Program-made: the position numbers and the translations under genes
DNA from: the human T2T-CHM13v2.0 reference genome, Homo sapiens
Direction: 5' to 3'
NCBI GenBank assembly: GCA_009914755.4
Contig: CP086569.2
Location: forward strand, 20,832,001-20,896,000
DNA: 64,000 nucleotides
Shown: positions 31,100-41,629 of the stretch, one piece after another
How the letters are laid out: every line of letters begins with the position of its first letter
Numbering within the stretch: position 1 is the first letter of the stretch
The notes under the pieces: model-generated
Seen by the model: the letters and a program-made list of their open reading frames with translations, nothing else
What the model was told of the DNA's origin: nothing
Databases searched by the model: none

Positions 31100-32500
31100 A
31101 ATCCCAGGAGGTTAGTTCATTACCACCATGGACATGTGAGTTGGCAGGGAGAGCTGCTTAGAGAAGAAGTAGGAACAGAACTCCAGCCAGTGTGATTCCT
31201 AGAGGGTTTGTTGTCTGTAGTGGAGCATGGGCAGGCACACCCATTCCCTAGGCCTGACTTGCTGCTGTAGGATACTTTAGCCATAGGGGAACTGTCAGAC
31301 CTCAGCTTTGCAGGGCCATCTTGCACATGAGATAGGGCTGGTCTAGCCTGAGCACCCTTCAGTCGGCTGTCCCCTGCTGGGGCCCCAGACTGGCCATGCC
31401 TGCTTGCAGTGCAGCCTTGAGTGCCCAGGTGGGAAGTACCTCCTGGGACCCATATCGTAGTTCCTGTGCCGGTGGAATGCATTTTACTGGCAGAGAGCTC
31501 CAGCAGAGTGTTGCTTTAAGAAACACACCATCCTGCCAGCTCTCTCCCCGCACTGCACCCTCCCCCATATCAATTTGCCTGCATGCACTGGCTCACAGTT
31601 ATCTCCAAATTTCCTTGACAATGCAGGTGTGCACAAGAGGACCTGGCCTTCCCATCTCTGCCAGTGTGTGTATGTGCACGCACATGCCTGTGTGCACTCT
31701 GCCATGCCACTACTGCCAGTGTGAGTGCATTCTGCTTTCCATGTCTGATGAACTGGCATGGCCATAGGAACATTGGTGGGCACAAAGTACACCAGCTCCA
31801 CCCCTGCTAGCACCCTGCCCCTGTGCAATGCTGCCACCAGTGTGAAACTAGCCATGGAAACCAGTGGACACACCCCAGCCCTGAGCATCCATAGCCATCC
31901 ATGTGAATGAGAACAGAGGGTGCACACAGCCCTGCACCCACCAGCATTCCACCCCCATGCTAACATATCCACTGGCACAAATGCTTACACAGACACCAGC
32001 AGGGGCACCCCACCCAGCTGTGCCATGCTAACACCAACTACTACTGTAAAAAACTGCACAAAGGCCAGTACCCTGGGACCTGCAACAGCCAACAGGAATA
32101 CACTCCATTTCATTGCCACTAGCACCGGAAAACAAGGACTGGTCCCCTTCCTTACTAAGCACTTTGGATGGCACCAACCATTGGATACAGTGACCAGAGG
32201 CCTGGAAGCACCTCAGTCTCTCTAGCACAGCAGATCCCAAACTTGGAGGAGCCAGAGAACAAAGCTGGGACTGCTTAACATTCACCCATAATTACAGGAT
32301 GCAGTTCAGAATTCCCGAGCTTAGCCTTACCTCCCAAATAAGACCTTTCAGAAATGAAGCCAGTCAACTGAACCCACCTAATACCACTATCCAACCCCAA
32401 ATGAAATCAAATAGGATAAAGAGAAAAACAAAAACTATCAAAGGACACAACTTCAAAGACAGAAGGAACATCAGCCCACAAAGATGAGTAAGAATGCACC
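31100..32500 (+). mobile_element. Probable old LINE-1 5'UTR fragment, plus orientation, ending at a degenerate ORF1 ATG (32484)
   Basis: C-rich sequence. ACAGACACCAGCAGGGGCACCCCACCCAGCTGTGCC resembles the L1PA 5'UTR segment GGCACCCCCCAGCAGGGGCACACTGACACCTCAC. The end CAGCCCACAAAGATGAGTAAGAATG resembles L1 ACCACAAAGATGGGGAAAAAACAG. No ORF1 follows. Confidence 0.4.
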
Positions 32501-32756
32501 AAAATGTAGCCACCTTTCTTGTGAGCTATCACCCAGCATTCTTTATCTCAAGTTCATGATGATTAACGATCATGGACACAAAGGTGAGGTTGGAGCAAAA
32601 GTTTAATAAGTGAAAGAAGAAAGCTCTCTGCTGACAGACAGGGGGGCCTGAATGGGTTAACCTCTGTGAGGCTGGGGTTCGGGGATTTTATGCATTGGGA
32701 AGGGAAAGAAATGTGCTTAGTCTGTGGGCTATCTTGGAAAAAGCTTGCTCAGGTTG

Positions 32757-32895
32757 GCCCACAACCTTGGCCCAGGACCAAACAGGAGCTGAAGAGAGGA
32801 TTCATAGAGGTAGCTTAGGTTAGCCTGGGAACTATCAGGAGCTGAAGTGAAAGGTTGGCCTGGGATTTTGGCCTGGAACCAATCAAGGAACTGAA
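32757..32895. repeat. 3 x about 35-40-bp imperfect tandem repeat in unclassified sequence
   Basis: GGCCCAGGACCAAACAGGAGCTGAAGAGAGG / GCCTGGGAACTATCAGGAGCTGAAGTGAAAGG / GGCCTGGAACCAATCAAGGAACTGAAGTGATAA. Confidence 0.7.
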
Positions 32896-33049
32896 GTGAT
32901 AATTAATAGAGGTCAAGCTCATCCTCTATAAAGGAAAGGAAAGTGCCCATCAGAACCCACTGGAGTCCACAGTGTTCATACCCACAAAAGAAGAAGAAAC
33001 TTTTTTCCTGGGAACTCACTGATTATACAAAGGACAAAGGCATTTCTGT

Positions 33050-33590
33050 GTCAATCCTTGTGCTGCTAATTTGCATCATGATCGTTCGGTGTGAAGAATT
33101 CCCTTTAGCATTTCTTATAAGGCATTTCTTCTCTCTCTCAGTTTCTGTTTATTTGGGAAGGTCTTTATCTCTCCTTAATTCTAAAGCACATCTTTGACAT
33201 ATACAGCACCCTTGGTTGATAGTTTTTTTGTTTTCCCTTCATCACTTTTGATATATCAGCCTACTCTCTCCTAGCCTATAAGATTTCTGCTGAGAAATCT
33301 GCTGCTAACCTTGGACTATCTTATATGTTCGGTCCTTCTTTTCTTTTGCTGCTATCAGGATTTGGTCTTTGTCCTCAATTTTTGACAGTTTAATTATAAT
33401 ATGTCTTTGTGTCATCTTATTTGGATTGAATCTGTTTGGAAACCTTTGATCTTTCTGTACTGAGATTTATATTTCTCCAATTTTTGAGAGTTTTCTGCTA
33501 TTATCATTTAAAATGAGATTTCGACCTCTCCTTCTTTTCCTTTTACATTGATTTCTGCCCTTTTGAAAATATAGAGACTTATTCTAGGCT
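33050..33590 (-). mobile_element. Old LINE-1 ORF1-region fragment, minus orientation
   Basis: GCATTTCTTCTCTCTCTCAGTTTCTGTTTATTTGGGAAGGTCTTTATCTCTCCTTAATTCTAAAGCAC ... AGATTTCTGCTGAGAAATCTGCTGCTAACCTTGGACTATCTTATATGTTCGGTCCTTCTTTTCTTTTGCTGCTATCAGGATTTGGTCTTTGTCCTCAATTTTTGACAGTTTAATTATAATATGTCTTTGTGTC is collinear with the reverse complement of the L1 ORF1 3' half (GCATTTCTTGCAAGGCTGGTTT...CTGGGAAAGTCTTTATCTCTCCTTCATTTCTGAAGG...GGTTTCTGCTGAGAAATCCACTGATAATCTTATGGGG...). Confidence 0.55.
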
Positions 33591-33594
33591 TTGC

Positions 33595-34440
33595 AGACTG
33601 GCTTTGTCTGGGAGTCTTGTCCTTGCAGACTGGCTTTGTCTGGGAAAGCCCTCTTCCAGTCATCCTTTCCTGAGATTCTGGATAGGATGCCTGGAATGTC
33701 TGAAGGTAGTCATTGGTCAGGCAGGAGTCATTGGGCAGGCTAACCTGGTGCCTTGGTCAGCAGGTAGAAAGGCCTGGCACCTACATCTGCATTGCTGGTC
33801 CTGAATCCTGTATCTACTGGGGTGGACCTGTGAATTGCATCTGTAGAGATGGGCCTGGAGGTTGGGTAAATGAGGATGAGCCAAAAGCTAGTATGTGTGG
33901 AGGTTGGCCTAAAATCTGGACCCACAAAGGCTGACATAACATCAGGGTGGGCCTTTAACTTAAGTGCTAAAAGTCTGGTTTGTCACTGGGGTTGTAGGAG
34001 ATTGGTGAAGGTGGTGGGAAAAATTGTAGAAAGATGCAAACCCTCTTGGAAAGCCAGGAGGTTTTACAAAAGCTTTGGAAAATGATTTGGCTGAAGGCAG
34101 CCAGATTCTCTTATCCAGTGCCTGAAAGCTTAGTTTAGATAACAGGGGGATGTAAAGAAACTTATCTAGATAAGTTAGTTTACTTAGGCCTAGTATCTGT
34201 GTACACAGGACTACTCTCTCAGGGAGGATGAGCATGTTAATTACCCACAAGTGTTTTTACTCAAGGCCTTTGTCATTAAATCTGTACTGAATAAATGCCT
34301 GCAGTGCCAGCTTGTCAGGGCCAAGGCTGCTGCAACTCTTTCTGTGGGTGGTCTGGTCCTCTAGCCCACTCTTTCACTGGATATCTATGTTGCAGTGCAT
34401 TTGTTAATTTGTTTCTTGGTCAGGATCTGTGGGTTGGACA
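33595..34440 (+). mobile_element. Candidate 5' LTR of the ERVK-like provirus (about 845 bp)
   Basis: Starts with a 2 x 21-bp tandem duplication GCAGACTGGCTTTGTCTGGGA at 33592-33646. AATAAA is at 34290-34295. It ends ...GGGTTGGACA at 34440, immediately followed by a TGG-initiated PBS-like sequence TGGCAGGTGGTGTCCTGT at 34441-34458. The gag ATG follows about 150 bp later. Confidence 0.5.
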
Positions 34441-34589
34441 TGGCAGGTGGTGTCCTGTGTGAGGAACACTGCAATAGATTGAGATGGAACCCTTGAAAAC
34501 AAAGGTGAGGAGACCATGCAGTCAGTAAGTCATGGGTGCCAACTCAGGATTTCCAGGCTTGAATGAATTGTTCAGGCTAGGGTTTCATT

Positions 34590-35291
34590 ATGGGGCAACT
34601 GTTATCAGCACAACAAAAGCAGTACATGAAAGCATTGAGGCCAGATGTGGTGGCTCACGCCTGTAATCCCAGCACTTTGGGAGGCTGAGGTGGGCAGATC
34701 ATGAGGTCAGGAGATCCAGACCATCCTGGCTAACATGGTGAAACCCCATCTCCACTAAAAAATACAAAAAACATAGCCAAGTATGGTAACAGGTGCCTGT
34801 AGTCCCAGCTACTCAGGAGGCTGAGGCAGGAGAATGGTGTGAACCTGGAAGACGGAGCTTGCTGTGAGCTGAGACCATGCCACTGCACTCCAGCCTGGGT
34901 GACAGAGCAAGACTCTGTCACAAGAACAATAAATAAAAAATAAATAAAAGTATTGAAACAGCTGCTTTAATCTATCAGAGCCTTGGTTTTGCAGGCTCAA
35001 TTAAGGGACCTAATGCAAACTGCTGTTTTCCATAACCCATGGTTCCCAGGAGAAGGTATGCTAGACACAGAGCTCTGGGAACAAGTGGGGAGAAATCTTA
35101 AACAACATCATGTGCTAGGGCAATTAGTCCTAGTAACATCTCTGATGTTATGGGTTTTAGTTAGGGTGGCTCTGGTCCTGCTTTACACAGCAGAGCCTAA
35201 AAAAGAGGAGGGAGGAGGAACCATCACCTATCTTACCACCTTATCGCTACTGAATAAATCCCTCAGCCCCACTATCACTGGGCCAAAATAA
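34590..35291 (+). pseudogene. ERVK (betaretrovirus-like) gag N-terminal (matrix) remnant, interrupted by an Alu at 34639-34950
   Basis: ATGGGGCAACTG... (MGQ start like the HERV-K gag MGQTKSK). After the Alu, [36 protein letters not shown] resembles HERV-K Gag LFQIIEQFCPWFPEQGTLDLKDWKRIGKELKQ. The gag body is missing, consistent with a large internal deletion. Confidence 0.7.
34639..34950 (+). mobile_element. Alu SINE inserted in ERVK gag, TSD about AAG(C/T)ATTGA
   Basis: GGCCAGATGTGGTGGCTCACGCCTGTAATCCCAGCACTTTGGGAGGCTGAGGTGGGCAGATCATGAGGTCAGGAGATCCAGACCATCCTGGCTAACATGGTGAAACCCCATCTCCACTAAAAAATACAAAAAAC ... with a tail AAGAACAATAAATAAAAAATAAATAAAAG. The flanks are AAGCATTGA and AAGTATTGA. 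Confidence 0.9.
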
Positions 35292-35299
35292 CAAAGAGA

Positions 35300-36455
35300 A
35301 AATGGAGGTATTTCATGAGCCCCCCTCCTACAATAAATTGGAAAAAAGACAGGAGATACACTACAGTTATGGGACCCTGTCTTAGGTAAGTGGCATTAAA
35401 AGGGGAGCTCTTAGCCTGCCCAGTAGTGCAAGATCAACAAAGCAATCAGGTACATAAAGAGATAAGGAAAACCATTAGAGATAATGGAGACACTAGCTCA
35501 TTTACAAAAGGATTAATTGAGGCCATAGCAGACAACTTATCTATGACTCCATGAGACTGCTCAGTGCTAGCTAAAACAACTTTAAACACCAGTCAATATC
35601 TCCTCTGGAGGGCAGAATTTGATGAATTCTGTGAACAGCAAAGCCTTTTCTAATCATAGCCACTGTTATTCCTCTCCTACCCTTGATGGGACTCTCTCAA
35701 GATCCAATTTGGGTAGAACAGTAGCCTTTAAAGGGAGAGAAATTACCAACAGCCCATGAGTTAGTTGAGGAGCAATTAAAAACCAGTCATATAGAATCGT
35801 CAAACAGCCCTTCAAATTCACCCATTTTTATCAATCCCAAATGGAAAATGGAGACTTTTTGCATGACTTACATGCTGTCAATGCTAATCTGCAACCTATG
35901 GTGCCCTTTCAGCAGGGGCTCCCTCACCTTGCAGTGATTTATCAAGATTGGCCTATAATCATTACTGACTTAAAAGACTGCTTTTATACTATCCCCCATG
36001 CAAAACAGGACAGAGAAAACTTCCATTTACAAGATCAGCTATCAATAAGGAAAAGCCAGCTCACCAATTTTATTGGAAGGTACTTCCTCAAGGTATGCTG
36101 AAGAGACATACCATATGTCAGTATCAGGTAAATCAAGCTTTACAGTAGAAAAAAAATTCAAATTACAAGATTATTCATTTTATTGATATTTTACTAGCAG
36201 CCCCAACAGAGCCAGTACTTTTCAAGTTATATGCCTCTGTCATAAAGAATACACAGTTAAGAGATTAAATCATAGCACCTAAAAAAAATACAGATGTCTT
36301 CTCTTTGGAAAAATCTTGGGTACCTACTACCTTCTTGGTCAGTAAGACCTCAAAATGTTAAATTAAATGCTAGCACCTTAAATGATTATCAGAAATTACT
36401 AGGCGATATTAACTGGCTTTGCTTCATCTTAGACATAACTAGTGATAAGTTACAG
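35300..36455 (+). pseudogene. ERVK-like protease and reverse transcriptase remnant (frameshifts and stops)
   Basis: PVWVEQWPLKGEKLPTAHELVEEQLKTSHIE resembles the HERV-K RT N-terminus [77 protein letters not shown] matches the betaretroviral motif [27 protein letters not shown] matches [31 protein letters not shown] matches HERV-K [15 protein letters not shown]. Confidence 0.8.
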
Positions 36456-37200
36456 AACCGGCTTTCTATGCTAAAAGGCAATGTGTCTGGAATTGGTTCC
36501 CTCCATTAGGTTCTTGGTCTTGCAGACTTCAATAATGAAGCCGCAGACCCTCGCAGTGAGTGTTATAGTCTTAAAGACCATGTGTCTAGAGTTCGTTCCT
36601 TCAGATGTTTGTGGTCTCACTGACTTCAGGAGTGAAGCTGCAGACTTCCTCAGTGAATGTTACAGCTCTTAAAGATGGCACGTCCAGAATTGTTTTTTAT
36701 CTCCTGGTGGGTTCGTGGTCTTGCTGAGTTCAGGAAAGAAGCTGCAGACCTTCACAATGATTGTTACAGCTCTTAAAGGTGGCTCATCCAGAGTTGTTCA
36801 TTCTTCCAGTGGGTTTGTGGTCTGCTGGTTTCAGGAGTGAAGCTGCAGACCTTCGTGGTGTTACAGATCATAAAGGTAGTGTGGACCCAAAAAGAGCAGC
36901 AGCAAGATTTATTGCAAAAAGTGAAAGAACAAAGCTCCCACAGCATGGAAGGGGACATGATGGGTTGCCGCTACTGGCTCTGGTGGCCACTTTTTTCCCC
37001 TTATTTGGCCCCACCTACATCCTGCTGATTGATCCATTTTACAGAGTGCTGATTGGTCCTTTTTTACAGAGTGCTTATTGGTGGATTTACAAACTTTTAG
37101 CTAGACACAGAGTGCTGATTGGGGCATTTACAATCCTTTAACTAGACAGAAAAGTTCTCCAAGTCCCCACCCAACCCAGAAACCCAGCTGGCTTCACTTC
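36455..37200 (+). mobile_element. LTR12-family (HERV9-type) solo LTR or LTR fragment inserted within ERVK pol
   Basis: Four tandem diverged copies of the about 70-bp unit GGTTC(T/G)TGGTCT(T/C)GC(A/T)GACTTCAGGAGTGAAGCTGCAGACCTTCGC.GTGAGTGTTACAGCTCTTAAAG. Then CATAAAGGTAGTGTGGACCCAAAAAGAGCAGCAGCAAGATTTATTGCAAAAAGTGAAAGAACAAAGCTCCCACAGCATGGAAGGGGAC. Then three (GAGTGCTGATTGGT.CATTTACAA.CCTTTA.CTAGACA) CCAAT/ATTGG repeats, and GAAAAGTTCTCCAAGTCCCCACC...CCCAGCTGGCTTCAC. The ERVK pol reading frame is contiguous across the element (before it ...NRLSMLKGN, after it ...SPKYLTPAARRETEEIEQA). Confidence 0.7.
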
Positions 37201-38700
37201 TTAGCAATACTGCCCTAGACTCTCCCAAGTATTTAACTCCTGCAGCACGAAGAGAAACTGAAGAGATAGAGCAAGCTATTTCTCAGAAGCAACTAGATTG
37301 CATAGATGCATGGTATTCAGTTCAGTTGTTTGTTTTTCCCACTCAACAGTCTCCTACAGGGTTAATAGGACCGATGGCCCCAGGGCTGTCTCTCTAGAAT
37401 GAGTTTTTTCCTCACAAATCAGGACTAAAACCCTCTCTCCCTAAATCCAGTTAGTTAGTTAATAAAGTCATGTATTCAGGCTGCAGATGATGCAATCAGT
37501 TGCTAGGTTATGACTCTGTTATCAGAATTTGTTTAAGTAAAAAGGAATTTGAAGCATTATTGCCCTTATTTATGGACTTGCAATTAGCACTTTCCAATTA
37601 TATAGGACATATAGAGCACACCCTTCCTGCTGACAAACTCCTTTAGCTCTTATCTTGTACTTCTATGGTTTTGCCTACTAAAATAGTTCAATACCCCATA
37701 CCTGATGCTTTAACACTGTTTACTGGTGACTCTGGTAAATGGAAAAACGGCTGTTTGGTGGAGACTGCATAATTCCCTCACTCCTTCTGGATTCGCTAGC
37801 ACTCAGAGAGCTGAGGTTGGAGCCTTAATATTGGCCTCAGAAACTTTTTCCACCCAGCCTATCAATATTGTTAGTGACTCTGCTTACTCTGCTTTCTTAT
37901 TGCAGAAACTTGAGACAGCCCTCATTAAGTCCACTCTGGAGCCCATCCTGTGTGTACTTTTTCACTGACTTCAGCAATTGCTAGATCAACGTACACATCC
38001 TATTTTTATTACACACACTTGGGCCCATAGCTCATTGCCTGGCCCATTGGCTTATGGAAATAATAAAGCAGACCTGCAAGTTATGACATCACAGCTTGAC
38101 TAAGCCACCTAATTGCATCAATTCTTTTCACCAAAACTGGAGAAACTTATCTAAACAATCTCAATTTACCCAGAGGTTAGCTAAACAAATTACCCTGCAA
38201 TGTCCAGATTGCCAGCTCACAGGTACATCTCCTCCTTCAACGGGTGCTAACCCTATAAAACTAGAACCTAATCAGTTATGGCAAACAGATGTTACATATG
38301 TCCCTGAATTTGGAAAACTTAAATATATACATGTATCCATTGATACATTTAATTAGCACTCATGCTTCTCCTGGAGAGTCCACCTGATATGTCATTAAAC
38401 ATCCTCTTTTAACTTTTGCATTTACGGGATGGCCCACAAAAATTAAAACTGACAATGGTCCAGCTTATGCCAGCTCAAAATGTCACATCTAGAACATCCA
38501 ACATTCCACAGGCATCCTGTTACAACCCACAAGGACAGGCCATAGTAGAACATGTCCATTCAACTCAGACTCAAGTATTGTCTTAGAGCAATGTAAAAGT
38601 GGACAAACAAAAATTCTAACCAGAAATGATACACTTAAGACATGCAGAATCAACACAAATTATAAAAATGCAGGTTAAAATCCCATTATTGTATTGTGCA
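37200..38700 (+). pseudogene. ERVK-like pol remnant: RT connection, RNase H and integrase
   Basis: LTPAARRETEEIEQAISQKQLDCIDAWYSVQLFVFPTQQSPTGLIGP resembles HERV-K [93 protein letters not shown] resembles [71 protein letters not shown] resembles [53 protein letters not shown] resembles [42 protein letters not shown] resembles [14 protein letters not shown]. Confidence 0.85.
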
Positions 38701-39289
38701 GCTTTACTTTAAATATTATTCTAGAATGTTCACTTCTCTTATTCTTATTGTTTAAATGAACTGAGAATCTTTATTTTGCATTGCTTTTTGGTAAATGACC
38801 TAGGCATTAACATAACATTAAGAAAAATAAGCAGCAGCAGAGAAAAATCATACAGTTCTAATTCTCAAATTAAAATAAGCAGGACATAGAAAATTTACAC
38901 TAGTTTTACCTGCTTAAGCTAACTTTCTGGGAAACAGTATGGGACAACTTAAAAATATGTTGCATTGGATTAAAAATGATAGTCTTAAAAGTTCCAAGTA
39001 GCATAAACTTGGGAATAATATGCTCATGTGTTTAGAATACTGTATAAAAAAAGAGGATGTTAAAATTAGAGATTCAATTCCAATTTATGAACAACTGATG
39101 TTTAATGATTTGTTCAAATAAAAAACAACCTGTAGCCTAAATGCTACAATTTGTCTTTCAAATGTATTATATGAAACAAAAACAAGCAAACAAAAATAAT
39201 AAATGTAAGTCCATGACAACATTTAGATCACATGGTCAATTAATTGTGTAAAAAAATTGTGTCCAAAGAGGTAACATGAATAAATCAAT

Positions 39290-41010
39290 TAGTGGTGATT
39301 TCTGGGATACTGGAGCACCCATCGCCAAGCAGAGTACATTACACCCAATGTACAGTCATTTATCCCTCACCCCCATCCCACTGTTCCCCGAGTCTCCAGA
39401 GTTAATTATATTGTTACGCTTTTGTATCTTCATGGCTTAGATCCTACTTATAAGTGAAAACATACATTTGATTTTGTATTTCTGAGTTACCTCCCTTAGA
39501 ATCATGGCTTCCAGCTACATCCAGGTTGTCACAAATGAAATTATTTTACTACTTTTATGGCTCAGTGGTATCCCATAATATCCGTATTTAACATTTTCTT
39601 TATTCACTCATTGGTTGAAGAGCATTTATGTTGGTTCCATATTTTTTTTTGCAATTGCGAATTATCCTGCTATAATCATGCTTGTGCAAGTGTCTTTTCA
39701 GTAGTATGTAGTATGGGATTGTTAGATCAAATGATAGTTCTATGTTAGTTCTTTAAGGAATCTCCATACTGTTTTTCACAGTGGCTGTACCACTGTTTAT
39801 ATTACCACCAGCAGTGTAAAACTGTTTACTTTTTGACACATCCATGCAAACATCTATTATTTTTTGATTTTTAAAATTATGGCCATTTTTGCAGGAGGAA
39901 GGTAGGAAGGCATTTATTTGTATTTCCCTGATAATCAGGGGTGCTGAGTATTTTTTAATTTGTTTGTTGTCCTGTTGTACATCTTCTTTTGAGAGTTGTC
40001 CATTCATGTTCTTAGCCCATTTTTTGTAGGCATCCTTTATTTTCCTCCTGCTGATATGTTTGTCTCTTGTAGATTCTGGATATTAGTTGTTTGTCACATG
40101 TCTAGATTGTGAAGATTTTTCTCCCCCTCTGTGGGTTGTCTGTTTACTCTGCTGATTCTTTCTTTTGCTGTATGGAAGCTTTCTAATTCAATTAAGTCCC
40201 ATTTATTTATCCTTTTTTGTTGTTGCACTTGCTTTTGGATTCTTGCTTAAGACTTTTTCTATGTCTACAAGAGTTTCTCTGATGTTACCTCTAGAACTTT
40301 TATGGTTTCAGATCTTAGATTTGAGTCTTTTCTCCATGTTTAGTTGATTTTCTTGATAAGGTGAGAGATGAGAATCCCCCTTTATTTCTCTGCATCTGGC
40401 TGGCAAATCATTTCAGCACTATTTGTTGAATAGGGTGTCCTTTTCTCACTTCATGTTTTTGTTGCTTTATGAGAGATTAATTGGCTGTAAGTTTTTGGCA
40501 CTATTTCTGGGTCCTCTATTCTGGTCCATTGTTCTGTATACCAGTTTTTATACCAGTACCATGCTGTTTTGGTAACTACAGCCTTGTACTGTAGTTGGAA
40601 TTCTGATAATGTGATACCTGCAGATTTTTTCTTTTTTTTTTTTTTTTTTTTGGTTTGGCTATGTGGGACCTTTTTTTGTTCTATATAAATTTTAGGACTC
40701 TGCTTTTTAGTTATGTGAAGGATGATTATGACAGTTTCTGGAAATTGCACTAAATTTATAGTTTGCTTTTGGCAGTATAGTCCATTTTCACAATATTAAT
40801 TTTATTCATCCATGCTTATGGGATGTGTTTCAATTTGTTTGTGTCATCTATGATTTTTTTCAGCAGTGTTTTGTAGTTTTCCTTATGGAGATCTGCCACA
40901 TTCCTGGTTAGGCATATTCTTAGGAATTCTTTATTTTATTTTATTTTGCAGCTGTAGTAAAAGGGATTGGTTCTTGAGTTGATTCTCAGCTTGGTCTCTG
41001 AGGGGTAGCA
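39290..41010 (-). mobile_element. Old LINE-1 3' region (L1MA/L1PB-like), minus, truncating the ERVK provirus. It contains a T-rich run of about 27 nt at 40623-40652.
   Basis: CCCATCCCACTGTTCCCCGAGTCTCCAGAGTTAATTATATTGTTACGCTTTTGTATCTTCATGGCTTAGATCCTACTTATAAGTGAAAACATACATTTGATTTTGTATTTCTGAGTTACCTCCCTTAGAATCATGGCTTCCAGC ... ACCAGTACCATGCTGTTTTGGTAACTACAGCCTTGTACTGTAG are reverse-complement ORF2 C-terminus and upstream sequence. Confidence 0.85.
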
Positions 41011-41191
41011 AGGGCCTGGTTAAGGGGAGAGAAGGATGTTTAATGGGCACAAAAAATAAAAATAATCAATAAGACTTACTATTTAATAGCACAAAAGGCT
41101 GACTATATTCAATAATAACTTAATTTTACAATTTAAAGTACTTAACGAGTGTAATATTTTATAACTTATTATTATTATTATACTTTTTTTT

Positions 41192-41458
41192 TGGATATGG
41201 AGTTTTCCATATGACATGATCTCAGCTCACTGCAACCTCTGCTGACTGGGTGCAAGTGATTATCCTGCCTCAGCCTCCCAGGTAGCTGGGATTACAGGCA
41301 CCCACCAACAGTGCCAGCTGATTTTAATATTTTCAGTAGAGATGTGGTTTCAAAATGTTGCCCAGGCTGGTCTTGAGCCCCTGACCTCAAGTGATCCACC
41401 TGTCTCGGCCTCCTAAATGGCCAGAATTACAGGTGTGAGCCACAGTGCCTGGCCTATT
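41192..41458 (-). mobile_element. Alu SINE (minus, diverged)
   Basis: Poly-T then GGATATGGAGTTTTCCATATGACATGATCTCAGCTCACTGCAACCTCTGCTGACTGGGTGCAAGTGATTATCCTGCCTCAGCCTCCCAGGTAGCTGGGATTACAGGCACCCACCAACAGTGCCAGC ... ATTACAGGTGTGAGCCACAGTGCCTGGCC. Confidence 0.9.
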
Positions 41459-41629
41459 TTTTGTAACTTAAAGGATAAATGGTTTAGAAGATTAATTCCC
41501 CATTCTTCATAATGTGCTTATTTCACATTGCATGCATATGTCAGAATATCTCATGTATCCCAAAATATATATGCCTATTAAATAGGGACAGACATTTTAA
41601 AAAAGAACATAATATCTTGCTTTATTTTA

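Noticed and set aside
33595-34440. Initially read as the reverse-complement 5'UTR of the minus-strand L1 whose ORF1 fragment lies at 33050-33590
   Set aside because: The block ends in CA followed by a TGG-initiated PBS-like sequence. It carries AATAAA about 145 bp before that end and is followed about 150 bp later by an ERVK gag ATG (MGQ...). That is the geometry of a retroviral 5' LTR, so I reassigned it as a candidate ERVK LTR at moderate confidence.
36400-37230. Apparent about 40-bp diverged direct repeat of pol sequence flanking the LTR12 element (CAGAACCGGCTTTCTATGC against CAGAAACCCAGCTGGCTTCAC), which would have implied recombination between two proviruses
   Set aside because: The right-hand copy matches the LTR12 consensus itself (...CCAGCTGGCTTCACC...), so the resemblance to the left flank is coincidental. 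Pol is simply contiguous across an inserted LTR.
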